A DNA stretch of 64,000 nt from Macrostomum lignano (lineage: Eukaryota), in assembly GCA_002269645.1 (NCBI GenBank), contig NIVC01000162.1, positions 124,001-188,000 on the forward strand, given 5' to 3'. The notes below the pieces were generated by a model. The model was not told where the DNA came from, did no database searches, and saw nothing but the letters and a program-made list of their open reading frames with translations. Shown piece after piece: positions 12,201-24,505 of the stretch; positions within the stretch are counted from its first letter, which is position 1; the number at the start of each line of letters is the position of its first letter. A program made the position numbers and the translations under genes.

Positions 12201-13242
12201 TTAGAAGTTTCTGCAGCAGCAGTTTGAACAGCGTGATCTCGATTAGCTGCTATTTGCTCTGAAAATTCATAGGACCTGGCCAATTCACTACAGTGTGAGC
12301 TTTCAGAACATGGAGCTGGAGCAGGAGCTAGTCGCATTTCGATTCTTTCTGTTGCTGATGAAGCAGATGCTAATGCTGAGTCTGCCAATGTACCTGCTTC
12401 TCTTGAAGGTGTATTTATGATGGCTTCAATATTGTCCTCTAAAATCCAATGAGCACCTGAGCAGTCATTTTCTCTACCTGGAGTCAACTGTCCAAGTTTC
12501 CACCTTGTAAAAAGCAAAGGCTTTCGTAACTCACTGCTGGATTCAGGGCACCGGTTTATTGAATAGTCCTCATGACCAAGTTCATCCCATTCTCTTGCTG
12601 GCTTTAAGATGTAGTTAGGCTTGTCTCTTAGCCTACGATAAATGGACTCAAAAATGTGCACCTGTTATTTTGTGTACTTCGTGCATAGATGATCATGTCA
12701 TGCACATTGTTCCTAATAATTTCAGCTAATGAGTTATCAATGATAATTTTATCTTCATAAACAGGTCTTCTTTGTGTTGCATGCATTTTAGCTAGTCGCA
12801 GTTTTCCAATGCTACTGGCAGTTGTGGAACTTGAACTGTCCGATTCTGATCTAGAAAAGTCTCGTTGATACAAGAGAATAATGGCCATAGCACTTTTACC
12901 ATTCCCATTCTTTAATGCATTTGGTTCTGTTGGAATTGTCTTACTAGCAGACTTGAAAAAATCAATGATGGATGACTGCGATGATCCACTAGGAGCGGAA
13001 CTTGGCAGCCCATGTCTAGTTTTTCCCTGATACCCAATAGATGTATCGGTAAAAAACATATCTGCTGCTTCCTGCTTCTCTTTTGATGCAATAACAAAGA
13101 AACTGCTGTCCGTTTTGAAGCCCGAGGACCGATAGAAGTCAGCAGAAAATGAAACCACAGGTCGTCTAAAATCGCCGCTATATTCTTGAACTCCAATCAG
13201 AAGAAAATCACGGAGTCTCACTGGCACTGATCCTAATAGCAT
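9285..13242 (-). pseudogene. hAT transposase (about 1270 aa if repaired); one intron and four apparent single-base frameshifts
   Basis: Motifs VLDTTSD, TTDGASVM, HCAAHKLEL and AEAERGFS..RRTRL (hAT C-terminal dimerisation region). A phase-2 intron GTAAGT..TTGCAG at 11798-11668 joins ORF 11795-12661 to ORF 11217-11648 in frame. Frame breaks near 12662, 11228, 10995 and 10888. Confidence 0.85.
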
Positions 13243-16071
13243 TGCAGTTGTGGAACAAACTTTCTTCAGCTCAATGAACTCTGAAAATTCTTGAGATCCA
13301 ATATTAGGCTCATCAGTATTTAACTCATTTATAACAATTGAGCACTAACTCTCAGCTAGAATACCATTGATGGCTAGGATGCCACTTAGAATCAGTAGGC
13401 AAAGACAACTAAGGCTGTACATCATTCTGTGAAAGATTAAGTCGAGTATATGATTTTGGTGATAAAATAAAATTGATTTATGAGTATTACTATATAAATA
13501 AAACATTTAAAAGCCCTTACCTTTACCAATTAATGTACAGAAAGTAAGTGTAAATACAACCAATTGCCTTGGTAGTTTAGTTATATGCTTGTATCAGATG
13601 CAGGCAGACAGCATAGGCTGCCAAGGTGCTATAAGTTAAGGTTAACTTTCACTATTTGGCTTTACAGACTGCTTTTATCGCTGCATGCATTGACTTAGCC
13701 TTAGCTTGTGCCATCATACTCATACAGCTATATATACATATGTATCTCTGCCACTCCCCACTTTTGCAACCTTACACTGTACAATCATGCCTAAAACACT
13801 CCGTGTCAAGTGTACTGTTCTAGTGCCACATGGGGTACAAATACGATTAGGAATGACAAGAGTCAAAACCATACATGCACAATAGTTGGCCGATATGGAC
13901 GACTGATTTGGCGGCCAACCAAGGTAAGTTGCAAAAATGCCCACCCAAATAAATACCAAAGTAGTATTAAGTAGCTGACGAAGTCATAGTTACTCCTGCC
14001 GTTTACCCAAAGTTGCGTTAATTTTGCTTTCAGGTTTTTTTCATGTAAGTCGCATTTTTGGCCGAAAACTACGTCGCATTTTTGTTAAAACTAAGTTGCA
14101 CGGCCGACCAAATTTTGGAGGTTGCGCATGTATGGCTATGGCCATAGGCATTTTTTATGTAATTTTTTAGAAGTCATACTAATAGGATTTTTGTAGCTAT
14201 ATGATTTTGACACACTTATAATCATAATAATATAGGCGTGGTTTTTGCTATTTTTAGGATCATAAACCATTGTATGTAAGCTTGTCTAATACTCTAATAG
14301 CCATCTATGCAATTTAGATTAATATCCATATTTGCTTCCATAATTTAAGAAGATTTTATCTTTTGCATTTTAGCAAATATTCTATATCTACTTCTGCACT
14401 GCATCTGCTTCTGCATTTTAGTACATGCCTAAATAGAATAATAAAGAATAAATTGGCATAAACATTGAAAAATATTAAAGTTCTTATATTTCCAAGTAGG
14501 CTTAATTAGTTTCAAATCTTTTAGGCCCTATTGTATCAATATTTATAGATATAATGAGGCCGACTCCTCCGCTGGAGGAGAAAGAAAGAAACTCCCATCA
14601 CCGGAATTCCATTCCCTGAAATCTATCAGCTGAATCACACCATCTAATTCCTCTTTGCAAAACTGAACACCATCAAAATCCTCTCTATAGAACAGAAATC
14701 CTTTCCATGAAACTGGACTCAATTGAAATTTTCTCCATCAAACAGAACTCAACTCTTAGAATTTAGTGGCTAGGGTTAGGGTTAGAGCTGCACAGAGCTG
14801 CGTGCTGAAAGGTGCCAATAACAAATAATAAAACCAATTTATTACGCAATCGATTTCTCAGTCAGCCAGTATCAGTCTCAGTTAAAGTTAACAAAATGAT
14901 TGCACAATCTAAATCAACCCTCCAATGGCTCCAATACACAGTGGCAATACGAAGTTGAATCCTGCCCGCAACTTTATCAATTACATCTTGAGAAACTGAC
15001 TCCTGAGTGCAATCTTCACAAAAAGTTAAAAGTATAAAAATCATTTTTCGAATGCAGTGCTTTTCCTTTTCACATTTAAAGCAAACAACTTACATCCCCA
15101 AACTCAGTATTGAAAGATCTTTCAAGCAATATAAGTCTTTTCTCTCAAAGTTCAAAACTTGAAGAACAGTTTATGTTTGAAATTTCCTAGTTTAAAGCAT
15201 TGAATTTTTGAGTATACATTCAATGCCTGCTACAGTGAGAGGCACACAAGTTTATGCATTGAATTTCACTATCCGCCAATTAGCAAGGGTCTAAGTGTAC
15301 ACACGCAACTACTTAGAATGCCCTATCCCTCTACTAGAGAGAAAATACATTGCTAAGATAGGAAAAAGTTATGGCGCAATCACTTAGAATTGATGCAAAT
15401 TTTCAGTTCAGAGCAAAAAAATTGGCCAAAGAAGGTTAAGAAAACAGTTTTCTGCTTTTTTAATAGACTTGATTTTGAAAATTTCAACATTAAAATAGCC
15501 TATTTGTTGCGTAGGAAAATTCTACATTGATAATGATATATATAAGTCCCGCATTTGAGTTGCTAGCCATTTAAGAGATACATGTTAAACCTAGCTAGTT
15601 GATCGATCAATTGGTCCACTCAGCTTTAGATATAAGATTAATTAAATAGGCCTATAGTAATATAATAATAGCTATTATATGTTACTAACTAATAAAAAAT
15701 AGATAATAGAGATTTAATGTTGTGGCTATGCTATCTTGGTATAGGCCTACCAATGGCCATCTTGGTCTTATATTTTAACTGACAACAAAGTATGGCATAG
15801 ACTTTTATTAGACTTAGACCTAGGTATAAGCCAAAGGTAAGCCTATAAAATTAGGCCTATGTTAGGCCAAATAGGCCTAGCTAGATCCTAAATTAAATTA
15901 AAAAACTAGGTATAGGCCCATTACAAAAACCTATTGCCATTACTGCCTTATGGCTTAGCCTTAGGCCTAGCCTAGTTTAGGTCTATTTTTGCTATTTAGT
16001 ATTAGCCTTCTAGCTTCTTTAATTAAATATTAAAATAATTAATAAAATAATAAGCTAGGCCTAATCAAGCT

Positions 16072-16657
16072 GGGGGCGCTTCATAAGACCTAAATTTTAC
16101 AACGCCTAAAGCACGTGACTTCACATCACCTAAATTTCATAACGCCTAAATTTCACAATGCCTAAAATTTCTGCACGCTCCTTCACATCGCCTAAATTTC
16201 ATAACGCCTAAAACTGAAAATGCATCTTACTTCATACCGCCTAAATTTCATATCGCCTACATTTCACAATGCCTAAAAATCTGCATGCTCTAATTGCTCT
16301 TTCATATCGCCTAAACTTCATATTGCCTAAATTTCACAACACCTAAAACTGAATGTGAAGGAGAGAAGCAAAGATTTTAGGCGTTGTGAAATTTAGGCGA
16401 TATGAAATTTAGGCATTGTGAAGGAGGCTGCATATATTTTAGGCATTGTGAAATTTAGGCGATATGAAATTTAGGCATTGTGAAGGAGGCTGCATATATT
16501 TTAGGCATTGTGAAATTTAGGCGATATGAAATTTAGGCAATGTGAAAGAGCGTGCAAATATTTTAGGCGTTGTGAAATTTAGGCGATATGAAATTTAGGC
16601 GTTGTGAAGTGTGGTGGTTTTAGGCGTTGTGAAATTTAGGTCTTATGAAAGCGTCCC
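16072..16657. mobile_element. Fold-back MITE with GGG termini
   Basis: Long inverted arms (TCATAAGACCTAAATTT(T/C)ACAACGCCTAAA at both ends) made of CCTAAATTTCA repeats; flanked by ATCAAGCT / ATCAAGCC (7/8, TSD-like). Confidence 0.8.
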
Positions 16658-18509
16658 ATCAAGCCTACTAAGCCTAGCAATTAGGTAGCCTATAGTAGAC
16701 TAGGCATAGTCAGTAATAACAATTTGGCTAATAATTTTTTTGGCACAGACTAGATGTCCCTAAGGACTAGGCTAGGCTAGGCTAATAGAGTTTTTATAGG
16801 GTCTAGCTTTATTTCCATTTTGTAAGGCTCTTCTGGCTTCTTAAGGCCTATGGATATTTTAAAGATTTAATTTAAAAAATCAATGTAAATTGCACGCACG
16901 ATTAGAAACACACCCCAAGTTCCATAGGCCCTACCATCGAGAAGCCTGCTTAAAAAATGCGATTGTCTCTTCCTAGTTAAATCACCCTACTTCTTCCAAG
17001 TGAGGTGAAGTCGTGCTCCAGCTCCATCACATGACAGTGCAATTTTTATTTGAATTTTTTAACTCAAACTAACGAAACTGACCTAATAAAAAGTATTGGC
17101 TAAAGTAAGTAAACGGTATTAAGTAGAAATGGCGCAAAAATTATGTTTTGTTTTGAAAAAAGGACACTGGAATCTAATTATTTCAATAAATATTTCGTAA
17201 CGTTCTTCATCAACGTAACGTTAATGTTTGCTCGCGCCTCGCTGCATGATGGCAGCAGGCAGCAGCTAGGCCCTAGTAGTCATATTGAAAATAGAACTTG
17301 GCCCTAGTATTAAATTTAACATAAAGAAGTAGTCCGATTTTCTTTCTTTATAATTTTTAATTTCGAATTTAAAAATTAGCTTTTATTCTATATTCTTTAT
17401 TGCTTTGCAAAGTTATAAATTAGGCCTAACAAAAAACTACTTTTTTCAAATTTTCAAAAAAATTTCTTTTTTTTTTCAAGTTAGGTATCTCAGTCTCACT
17501 AGGCCTAGACCTAAAATATCTGGCTTATTTGACAAAATAAAATAAATTTAACAATTGACACTGTCATTAATGCCATAGGCCCCTATATAATCAAAAAATA
17601 ATTTAGTAGACCTAGGCTTTGTCAATATTTTGCCTGAGCCCTGTCTAAACACTTAATTTATTTTGACAGCAGTACTAAGGCTTAGAAAATTAGGCTGGGG
17701 TTAGGTATAATATGAAAGTATTTAAAAAACTAAGCAATTCAAAAGATTTGTCCATATATTGTATAATATTATTTGTTTTAAACTAAAAAATGCAAAAATT
17801 AGGCTTAGGCCTAGGCCCTAGTCTAAATTATTGTTGAAAAAAACACATTAAAAATAAAAATTTTAATGGGATGATAATATATTCAATAAAAGCAACAGAA
17901 TAAAATGAATAAAAAAGCCTAAAAAGAAAAGAAAATAATAAAAATAGGCCCTATAGCTATACTCTATTTTCATAAACAATATAAGCCTATTAGACTAGAG
18001 CCTAAATGGCATCAATTGAAAAGTTTAAAATTAGGAATTAGAGATAATTATATTTTGAAATAGAGAATACTTAGCATAATAATTTACCATGTTGTATTCA
18101 AGTTTGAGAAGGCTTTAGGTTCAAAAGGAATAGAAGACTAAAGAGTTTGAATTTGAAGAGTTGAAAATATTAGGTTTTATAGGTTTATGGCTTAAAAATA
18201 AAAAGAAGCAATTAAAGATAAGATAACATATAGTATATTTTTAGAAAGGGCAAAGGATGATTAAATAGTTACAAGTATGTTGTGCTTAGATTTAAAGCTT
18301 TATGAGACACAGAAAATTTAGAATTAAGTTTATAGATATATTTATGGATAGGCCTACTGATTTTTATCAATTCAAAAAGATAGGATTGGCATATGTTTTA
18401 GTTCTAGACTTCTAAGTATATTTTATTGGACAAGAAATAAAGATGCAAGCCTATTGATTAAAGGCTGCTATAAGAGAATAGAGCTAGATATTAAATAGGG
18501 GGGGGGGGG

Positions 18510-18871
18510 CTAGGTTTTTTTTCGCCAGAGACAAGGTGCAAAATCGCACCTTGTGCCAAATTTCAAGGTGCGATTTTAAGGCTCAGAGTGCAATTTCTCT
18601 TGAGTCTTGTTTCAGACAACTGGGAATGTATATTTTAATATCTTACATAAGGCTATAGCCATAGGCTATATCGCCTATATGACTTAATAGGATTTAAAGA
18701 GTTATTTTGTTTTATATTTTTAGGTAGTGCATGAAAAATAGCTTAAGCATGGTTAAGCCTTTAAAGAAAAATGGTTATAAGACTGCACCTAAACCGCACC
18801 TACTTTTTTAATTTCAGGGTGCGATTTTAAAATTTAGGGTGCATACGCACACTGTGCACAAAAAAACCCTG
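18510..18871. mobile_element. Probable non-autonomous TIR element (hAT-like) inserted in a G run
   Basis: Ends (C)TAGGTTTTTTTT / AAAAAAACCCTG, repeated GGTGCGATTTT / AAAATCGCACC motifs near both ends, G-runs on both flanks. Confidence 0.5.
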
Positions 18872-20565
18872 GGGGGGGGGGCTAGCATGTTTCTAACAAT
18901 GAGTAACTTTAGGTAAATAATTTTAATTTTATTGCAATTCATGGCTTTATCAAAATTTTTACCAATATAATAGTAAGTCTATAATTATAATTGCATTAAT
19001 AGCAATTTATAGGCCCTATATAATGAATTCATTCAAATAATCAATTAACACTATTGGAAAATAACTAGGCCTAATAAATAGTAAGATAGGCATAATATTG
19101 ATATAGGACTACTTAGTATTATTGGTATTTTAATTGGTTTTTTCAAATTTGAATTGGTTGTTATTTTCATGTGTCAAAACAATTCATTGCTTATTCATGT
19201 TCATTGCTATTTGTCACTTGTTTTATAGTTATACTTAATAAACTTAACTATCAAATGTCTTAAAAACTCTTAAAATACAAAAAAACTAGGCCTAATTTCA
19301 AATTTTAGAAATATATATTTTTTGTTTGCATTCAAACAAAAAATGGTTTCAATTTGACATTGATGGTTTTTCTTTCTATTCTAGTTTTTGATAATTTGAT
19401 TTGTTAGAGGTTTGGTTAGTTGACATTAATCTTAGAATTAACAAGGTATCAATTTGGAATTAGGGATCTAAATCTAAGATGTCATGATATAGAGATAGAA
19501 CAAATATTTGGAATCTTTAAAATGAAATTAAATCAACTGAATATGTGGTTCAAATCAGAATTAGAAAGTTGATAATCCAAATACTAAATAGTTGCTTTGA
19601 TATGGGGCAAAGCTTTGGAATAAGTCAAGAGTTGAATATTGGTGTTGTGGCTCATAAGTAAAGGGAAAGGATAAAGGACAGATAAAAATTAGGGAATTAA
19701 TAGACTAAGAAGTTTGTGTTTGAAAAGATAAGAATATTAAGGATTGTGGACTTGTAGCTAAAAAATGAGAGAATTACAGATTACATAATATACAGCATGT
19801 CTTGAGAAAAGATGGGTGCTTAAGCAGTTGCTAGCACTTTGTGCTCAGATTGAGTACTTAGGCTTTAGGAGGCTTTGAAGTTTGAGGCTTTAGGTTATTT
19901 AAGAAAAGTGGAACATTAAGAATCAAGTTAACATATGCTTGTAAGATGGATCTAGAATACTGATTCCTATAAACTTGGAGGGGTGGGGTTGGAATTTGGT
20001 CTGGGCACATTTCATTGGATAAGAAGATGCATGCCTATTGGTTTAAGGCTGCTAAAAGGAAAATGACTAGATATTAAATACCATGTGCTTCCAACAGTGA
20101 GTATAGCTAGACATTCCACACAGTTTAATCATAAATTTATCTAGAATAAACTCATTTAACCATCAATTAGCACTACTGACAATTGACTAAAAAGTAGTGA
20201 AGTGTTTGTCTAGACCATGAAATATTCAAATACTCTTAAAATTAAAGGTTCTATATTTTCTGTAGTTCATATTTCATTTGAGTTAAGAAATATAATTATT
20301 TGGATGCTCAGGATTTTAAGACTTCTGCAACTTTTGTGGGTCAGAGAGGCTCAGTCATTATAAAATGTAAGCTAGAGATGTTGGATATTTCACTTTACTT
20401 TAAGAAACTGTAATAAGAAAAAAGTACAATATATTCGTCAACAGAAAGCTAAGAACTAGCTGGGACTTGAACTACTAATAGTAGCATTTGACATTTCAAA
20501 TGATTTTGAAATTCATGCAACTTTCAACCGCTACAGCAACAAGCACACACTAAACGGCGAGCACT

Positions 20566-23500
20566 ATGGCTGACAACTTAGCAGTCCAAGATATAGAGAA
20601 ATTGGATGTGAGCAAGCTCACCCCGCTAACTCCCGAGGTGATTAGCCGTCAGGCCACAATCAATATCGGCACCATTGGTCACGTGGCCCACGGCAAGACC
20701 ACAGTGGTGAAGGCCATCTCCGGCGTGCACACAATCCGGCACAAGAACGAACTGGTCCGCAACATCACCATTAAGCTGGGCTACGCTAATGCAAAAATCT
20801 ACCGCTGCGACAATCAGCTGTGCCCCAAGCCCGGCTGCTATCGGAGCAAAGGCTCCGCACATCCGGACGACTTTCCCTGCGACCGGCCCGGCTGTTCCGG
20901 CCGGTTCCGGGTGCAACGCCACGTCTCCTTTGTTGACTGTCCCGGCCACGACATCCTCATGGCTACCATGCTGAACGGAGCCGCCGTTATGGACGCCGCT
21001 TTGCTGCTAATCGCTGGCAACGAGGCCTGTCCGCAGCCGCAGACCTCCGAGCACCTGGCCGCCGTTGAAATTATGCGACTGCGTCATCTGCTGATTTTGC
21101 AAAATAAAATCGATCTGATTAAAGAACAGGAGGCCCAGAATCAGTATGAGGCTATTTTGGACTTCATCAAGGGCACCGTGGCTGACGGCAGCCCCGTGGT
21201 GCCGATCTCCGCCCAGCTTGGCTACAACATCGACGTGGTGTGCGAGTACATCTGCCGCCACGTGCCCGTGCCGCTGCGCGATTTCACTAGCGACCCCAGG
21301 CTTATCGTTATTCGCAGCTTCGATGTTAATAAGCCAGGTTGGTTAGTTTCTTATCTGATTGCTGATTCTTTCACAGCCTCCCAGATCCTCAGTTGATAGG
21401 CCAGCCTCCCAGATCCTCAGTTGCCGGGCCAGCTTCCCAGATCCTCAGGTGCTGGGCCACACTCCCAGATCCTCAGTTGCTGGACCAGCCTCCCAGATCC
21501 TCAGTTGCTGAGCCAGCCTCCCAGATCCTCAGTTGCTGAGCCAGCCTCCCAGATCCTCAGTTGCTGAGCCAGCCTCCCAGATCCTCAGTTGCTGAGCCAG
21601 CCTCCCAGATCCTCAGTTGCTGAGCCAGCCTCCCAGATCCTCAGTTGCTGGGCCAGCCCCCAGATCCTCAGTTGCTGGGCCAGACTCCCAGATCCTCAGT
21701 TGCTGGACCAGCCTCCCAGATCCTCAGTTGCTGAGCCAGCCTCCCAGATCCTCAGTTGCTGGGCCAGCCTCCCAGATCCTCAGTTGCTGAGCCAGCCTCC
21801 CAGATCCTCAGTTGCTGAGCCAGCCTCCCAGATCCTCAGTTGCTGGGCCAGCCCCCAGATCCTCAGTTGCTGGGCCAGACTCCCAAATCCTCAGTTGCTG
21901 GGCCAGACTCCCAAATCCTCAGTTGCTGGGCCAGACTCCCAAATCCTCAGTTGCTGGGCCAGCCTCCCAGATCCTCAGTTGCCGGGCCAGCCTCCCAGAT
22001 CCTCAGTTGCTGGGCCACCCTCCCAGATCCTCAGTTTCTGGCCCAGATCCTCAGTTGCTGAGCCAGCCTCCCAGATCCTCAGTTGCTGGGCCAGCCCCCA
22101 GATCCTCAGTTGCTGGGCCAGACTCCCAAATCCTCAGTTGCTGGGCCAGACTCCCAAATCCTCAGTTGCTGGGCCAGACTCCCAAATCCTCAGTTGCTGG
22201 GCCAGCCTCCCAGATCCTCAGTTGCCGGGCCAGCCTCCCAGATCCTCAGTTGCTGGGCCACCCTCCCAGATCCTCAGTTTCTGGGCCAGCCTCCCAGATC
22301 CTCAGTTGCTGGGCCAGCCTCCCAGACTCACGAGATCCCTCCACATCTTGGGGAATACTTTTACATTAGCTATTAGTTTTTTGTTTTTTATGCTTTAAAA
22401 TAGTTAGAAAAGTTCATCATATCCTACCCGGACTGAGTAGTTAGCCAAGCGCATGCTAATATAAAATCATTTACGTCAATCCAGGCTCGGAAGTTGACGA
22501 TTTAAAAGGCGGTGTAGCCGGCGGCTCCGTCCTTCGCGGCGTCCTTCGCGTTGGCCAGGAGATCGAAGTCCGCCCGGGCATCATCTCTAAGGGCGCCGAG
22601 GGCCGCATGACCTGCCGGCCGATCCTGTCCCGAATCGTGTCGCTGTACACCGAGCGCAACGATTTGCAGTTCGCCGTTCCCGGCGGCCTGATCGGAGTTG
22701 GCACCATGGTTGATCCCACTCTGTGCCGGGCCGATCGCATGATTGGCATGGTTCTAGGCGCTGTTGGCACTTTGCCAAGCATCTACATCGAACTGGAGAT
22801 CAGCTTCTTTCTGTTGCGCCGGCTGCTTGGCGTTCGAACCGAGGGTGACAAGAAAGGCGCCAAGGTTTGTTGGGGTGGCGTGTGGCAGATTATATGCCTT
22901 ATTTATGCTGGGTTGCCAACGACAGTTGTTTAGTCTTATTTAAGGTTGTGTTGCCTGCGAGCAAGATAATTAGCCTGTCGGCACCAAGATTTTTAGATTT
23001 ATTTTTTGTTTGGGTAACCAGTACCTATATTTTTAGGTTTATTTAGTTTGGGCTACCAGCACCTAGATTTTTAGGTTTTTTCTTTTGGGTTACCAGCACC
23101 TAGATTTTTTAGGTTTATTTAGTTTGGGTTACCATCACCCATTTTCAAAGTTTTACTTAGGTTGGCTTACCAGTAATCAGTTTGTTTAGGTTTATTTAGG
23201 TTGTATTGCCAGTGACCAATATTTTTAGGTTTATTTAGGTTGTATTGCCAGTGACCAATATTTTTAGGTTTATTTAGGTTGTATTGCTAGTGACCAATAT
23301 TTTGAGGTTTATTTAGGTTGTATTGCCAATGACCAATATTTTTAGTTTTTTTTAGGTTGTGTTACCAGAACTCAGATTTTTTAGGTTTATTTAGGTTAGG
23401 TTACTAGCACCTAGAGAGTTTAGATTTAGTTAGGTTTTTTGACTTAGGTGTCCATGTCCATCCACTGTGATTTTTAACGCTTATCTGCCCCCCCCTAAAA

Positions 23501-23740
23501 AATGAATCGCAGGTGCAAAAGCTGGCCAAGGCGGAGCTGCTGATGGTGAACATTGGCTCCCTGTCCACCGGTTGCCGGGTGATTGCAGTTAAAAACGATC
23601 TGGCCCGCATCGCGCTCAACCAGCCAGTGTGCACTGAGATTGGCGAGAAGATCGCCCTGTCGCGCCGCGTTGACAAGCACTGGAGGCTGATCGGCTGGGG
23701 TCAGATTAGAAAGGGCTCGCCTATTAAAGTTGTGGAATGA
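20566..23740 (+). CDS. EIF2S3: Eukaryotic translation initiation factor 2 subunit gamma, 3 exons, 459 aa
   Basis: Exons 20566-21337, 22485-22864, 23513-23740 join in frame. Motifs [47 protein letters not shown]|[14 protein letters not shown] and [10 protein letters not shown]. Confidence 0.98.
21377..22330. repeat. 28-bp minisatellite (CCAGCCTCCCAGATCCTCAGTTGCTG(A/G)G) filling eIF2-gamma intron 1
   Basis: Tandem copies with a 243-bp higher-order duplication (ORFs at 21840 and 22083 are near-identical). Confidence 0.95.
23030..23410. repeat. Degenerate 39-bp minisatellite (TTTAGGTTTATTTAGGTTGTATTGCCAGTGACCAATATT) in eIF2-gamma intron 2
   Basis: Tandem copies at 39-bp spacing (e.g. 23191, 23230). 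Confidence 0.85.
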
Positions 23741-23894
23741 ATTACCTGACTGACCCTGTCTGTTGTGTTTCCATTTGTGGGCTGGGAGTCCGGGGGTAGG
23801 CATTCAGCTTAATGGAGTGAGCGCCTTGGCACACCGCTGCTGCTGCTCTGTCTCCCAATTTTTTTGCAGTCATTAACGGTTTTGCCTTTTCGGG

Positions 23895-24505
23895 GTCTAC
23901 CCTCTCCCTCTCTCCCTCTCTCTCCCTCTCCCTCTCTCCCTGTGTATCTCTCTCCTCTCTCTGCGTCTTTCTTTCTCCCTTTCCCTCTCCCTTTCCCTCT
24001 CCCTCTCTTCATCTTTCTCTCCCCGTCTCTCCCTCTCCCTCTCTTTCTCTCTCCGTCTCCCTCTCTCTACCCCCTCTCCCCCCCTCTCTCCCTCTCTCTG
24101 TATCTCTATCTCTCTCTCTCTCTCTCTCTCCGTCTCTCTCTCTCTCTCCGTCTCTCTCTCTCTCTCTCTCTCTCCCTCTCCCTCTCCCTCTCTCTCTCCC
24201 TCTCTTCCTCTCTCTCTCCCTCTCCCTCTCTCTTTCTCCGTCTCCCTCTCTCTCTCTCTCCCTCTTCCTCTCTCTCTCTCTCTCCGTCTCTCTCTCTCTT
24301 TCTCCCCCTCTCCCTCTCTCTTTCTCCGTCTCCCTCTCCCTCTCTCTCTCCCTCTCTCCCTCTCTCCCTCTCTCTTTCTCTCTCCGTCTGCCTCTCTCTC
24401 TCTCTCTCTCTCCCTCCTCTCTCCCTCCTTCTCTCTCTCTTTCTCCGTCTCCCTCTGTATCTCTCTCTCCCTCTCTCTCTCCCTCTCCCTGTCTCTGTCT
24501 CTCTT
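23895..24505. repeat. (CT)n-rich microsatellite
   Basis: Polypyrimidine CT tract; source of the SL- and ER-repeat ORFs. Confidence 0.97.

Larger units (their letters stand above)
7810..14134 (-). mobile_element. hAT-superfamily DNA transposon, full length with both ends
   Basis: 14-bp perfect TIR CATACATGCGCAAC (7810) / GTTGCGCATGTATG (ends 14134); identical 8-bp TSD GCTATGGC at 7802-7809 and 14135-14142; contains a hAT transposase. Confidence 0.95.

Noticed and set aside
14771-14785. TAGGGTTAGGGTTAG telomere-like motif
   Set aside because: Only about 2.5 units; too short to call an interstitial telomere.
17300-20400. AT-rich region with two loosely similar blocks (about 18420-18500 and 20015-20080)
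   Set aside because: Probably old repeat debris, but no termini or coding motif could be supported.
21589-22398. Pro/Ser/Gln-rich ORFs inside eIF2-gamma
   Set aside because: They lie wholly within intron 1; the conserved eIF2-gamma sequence joins directly across it.
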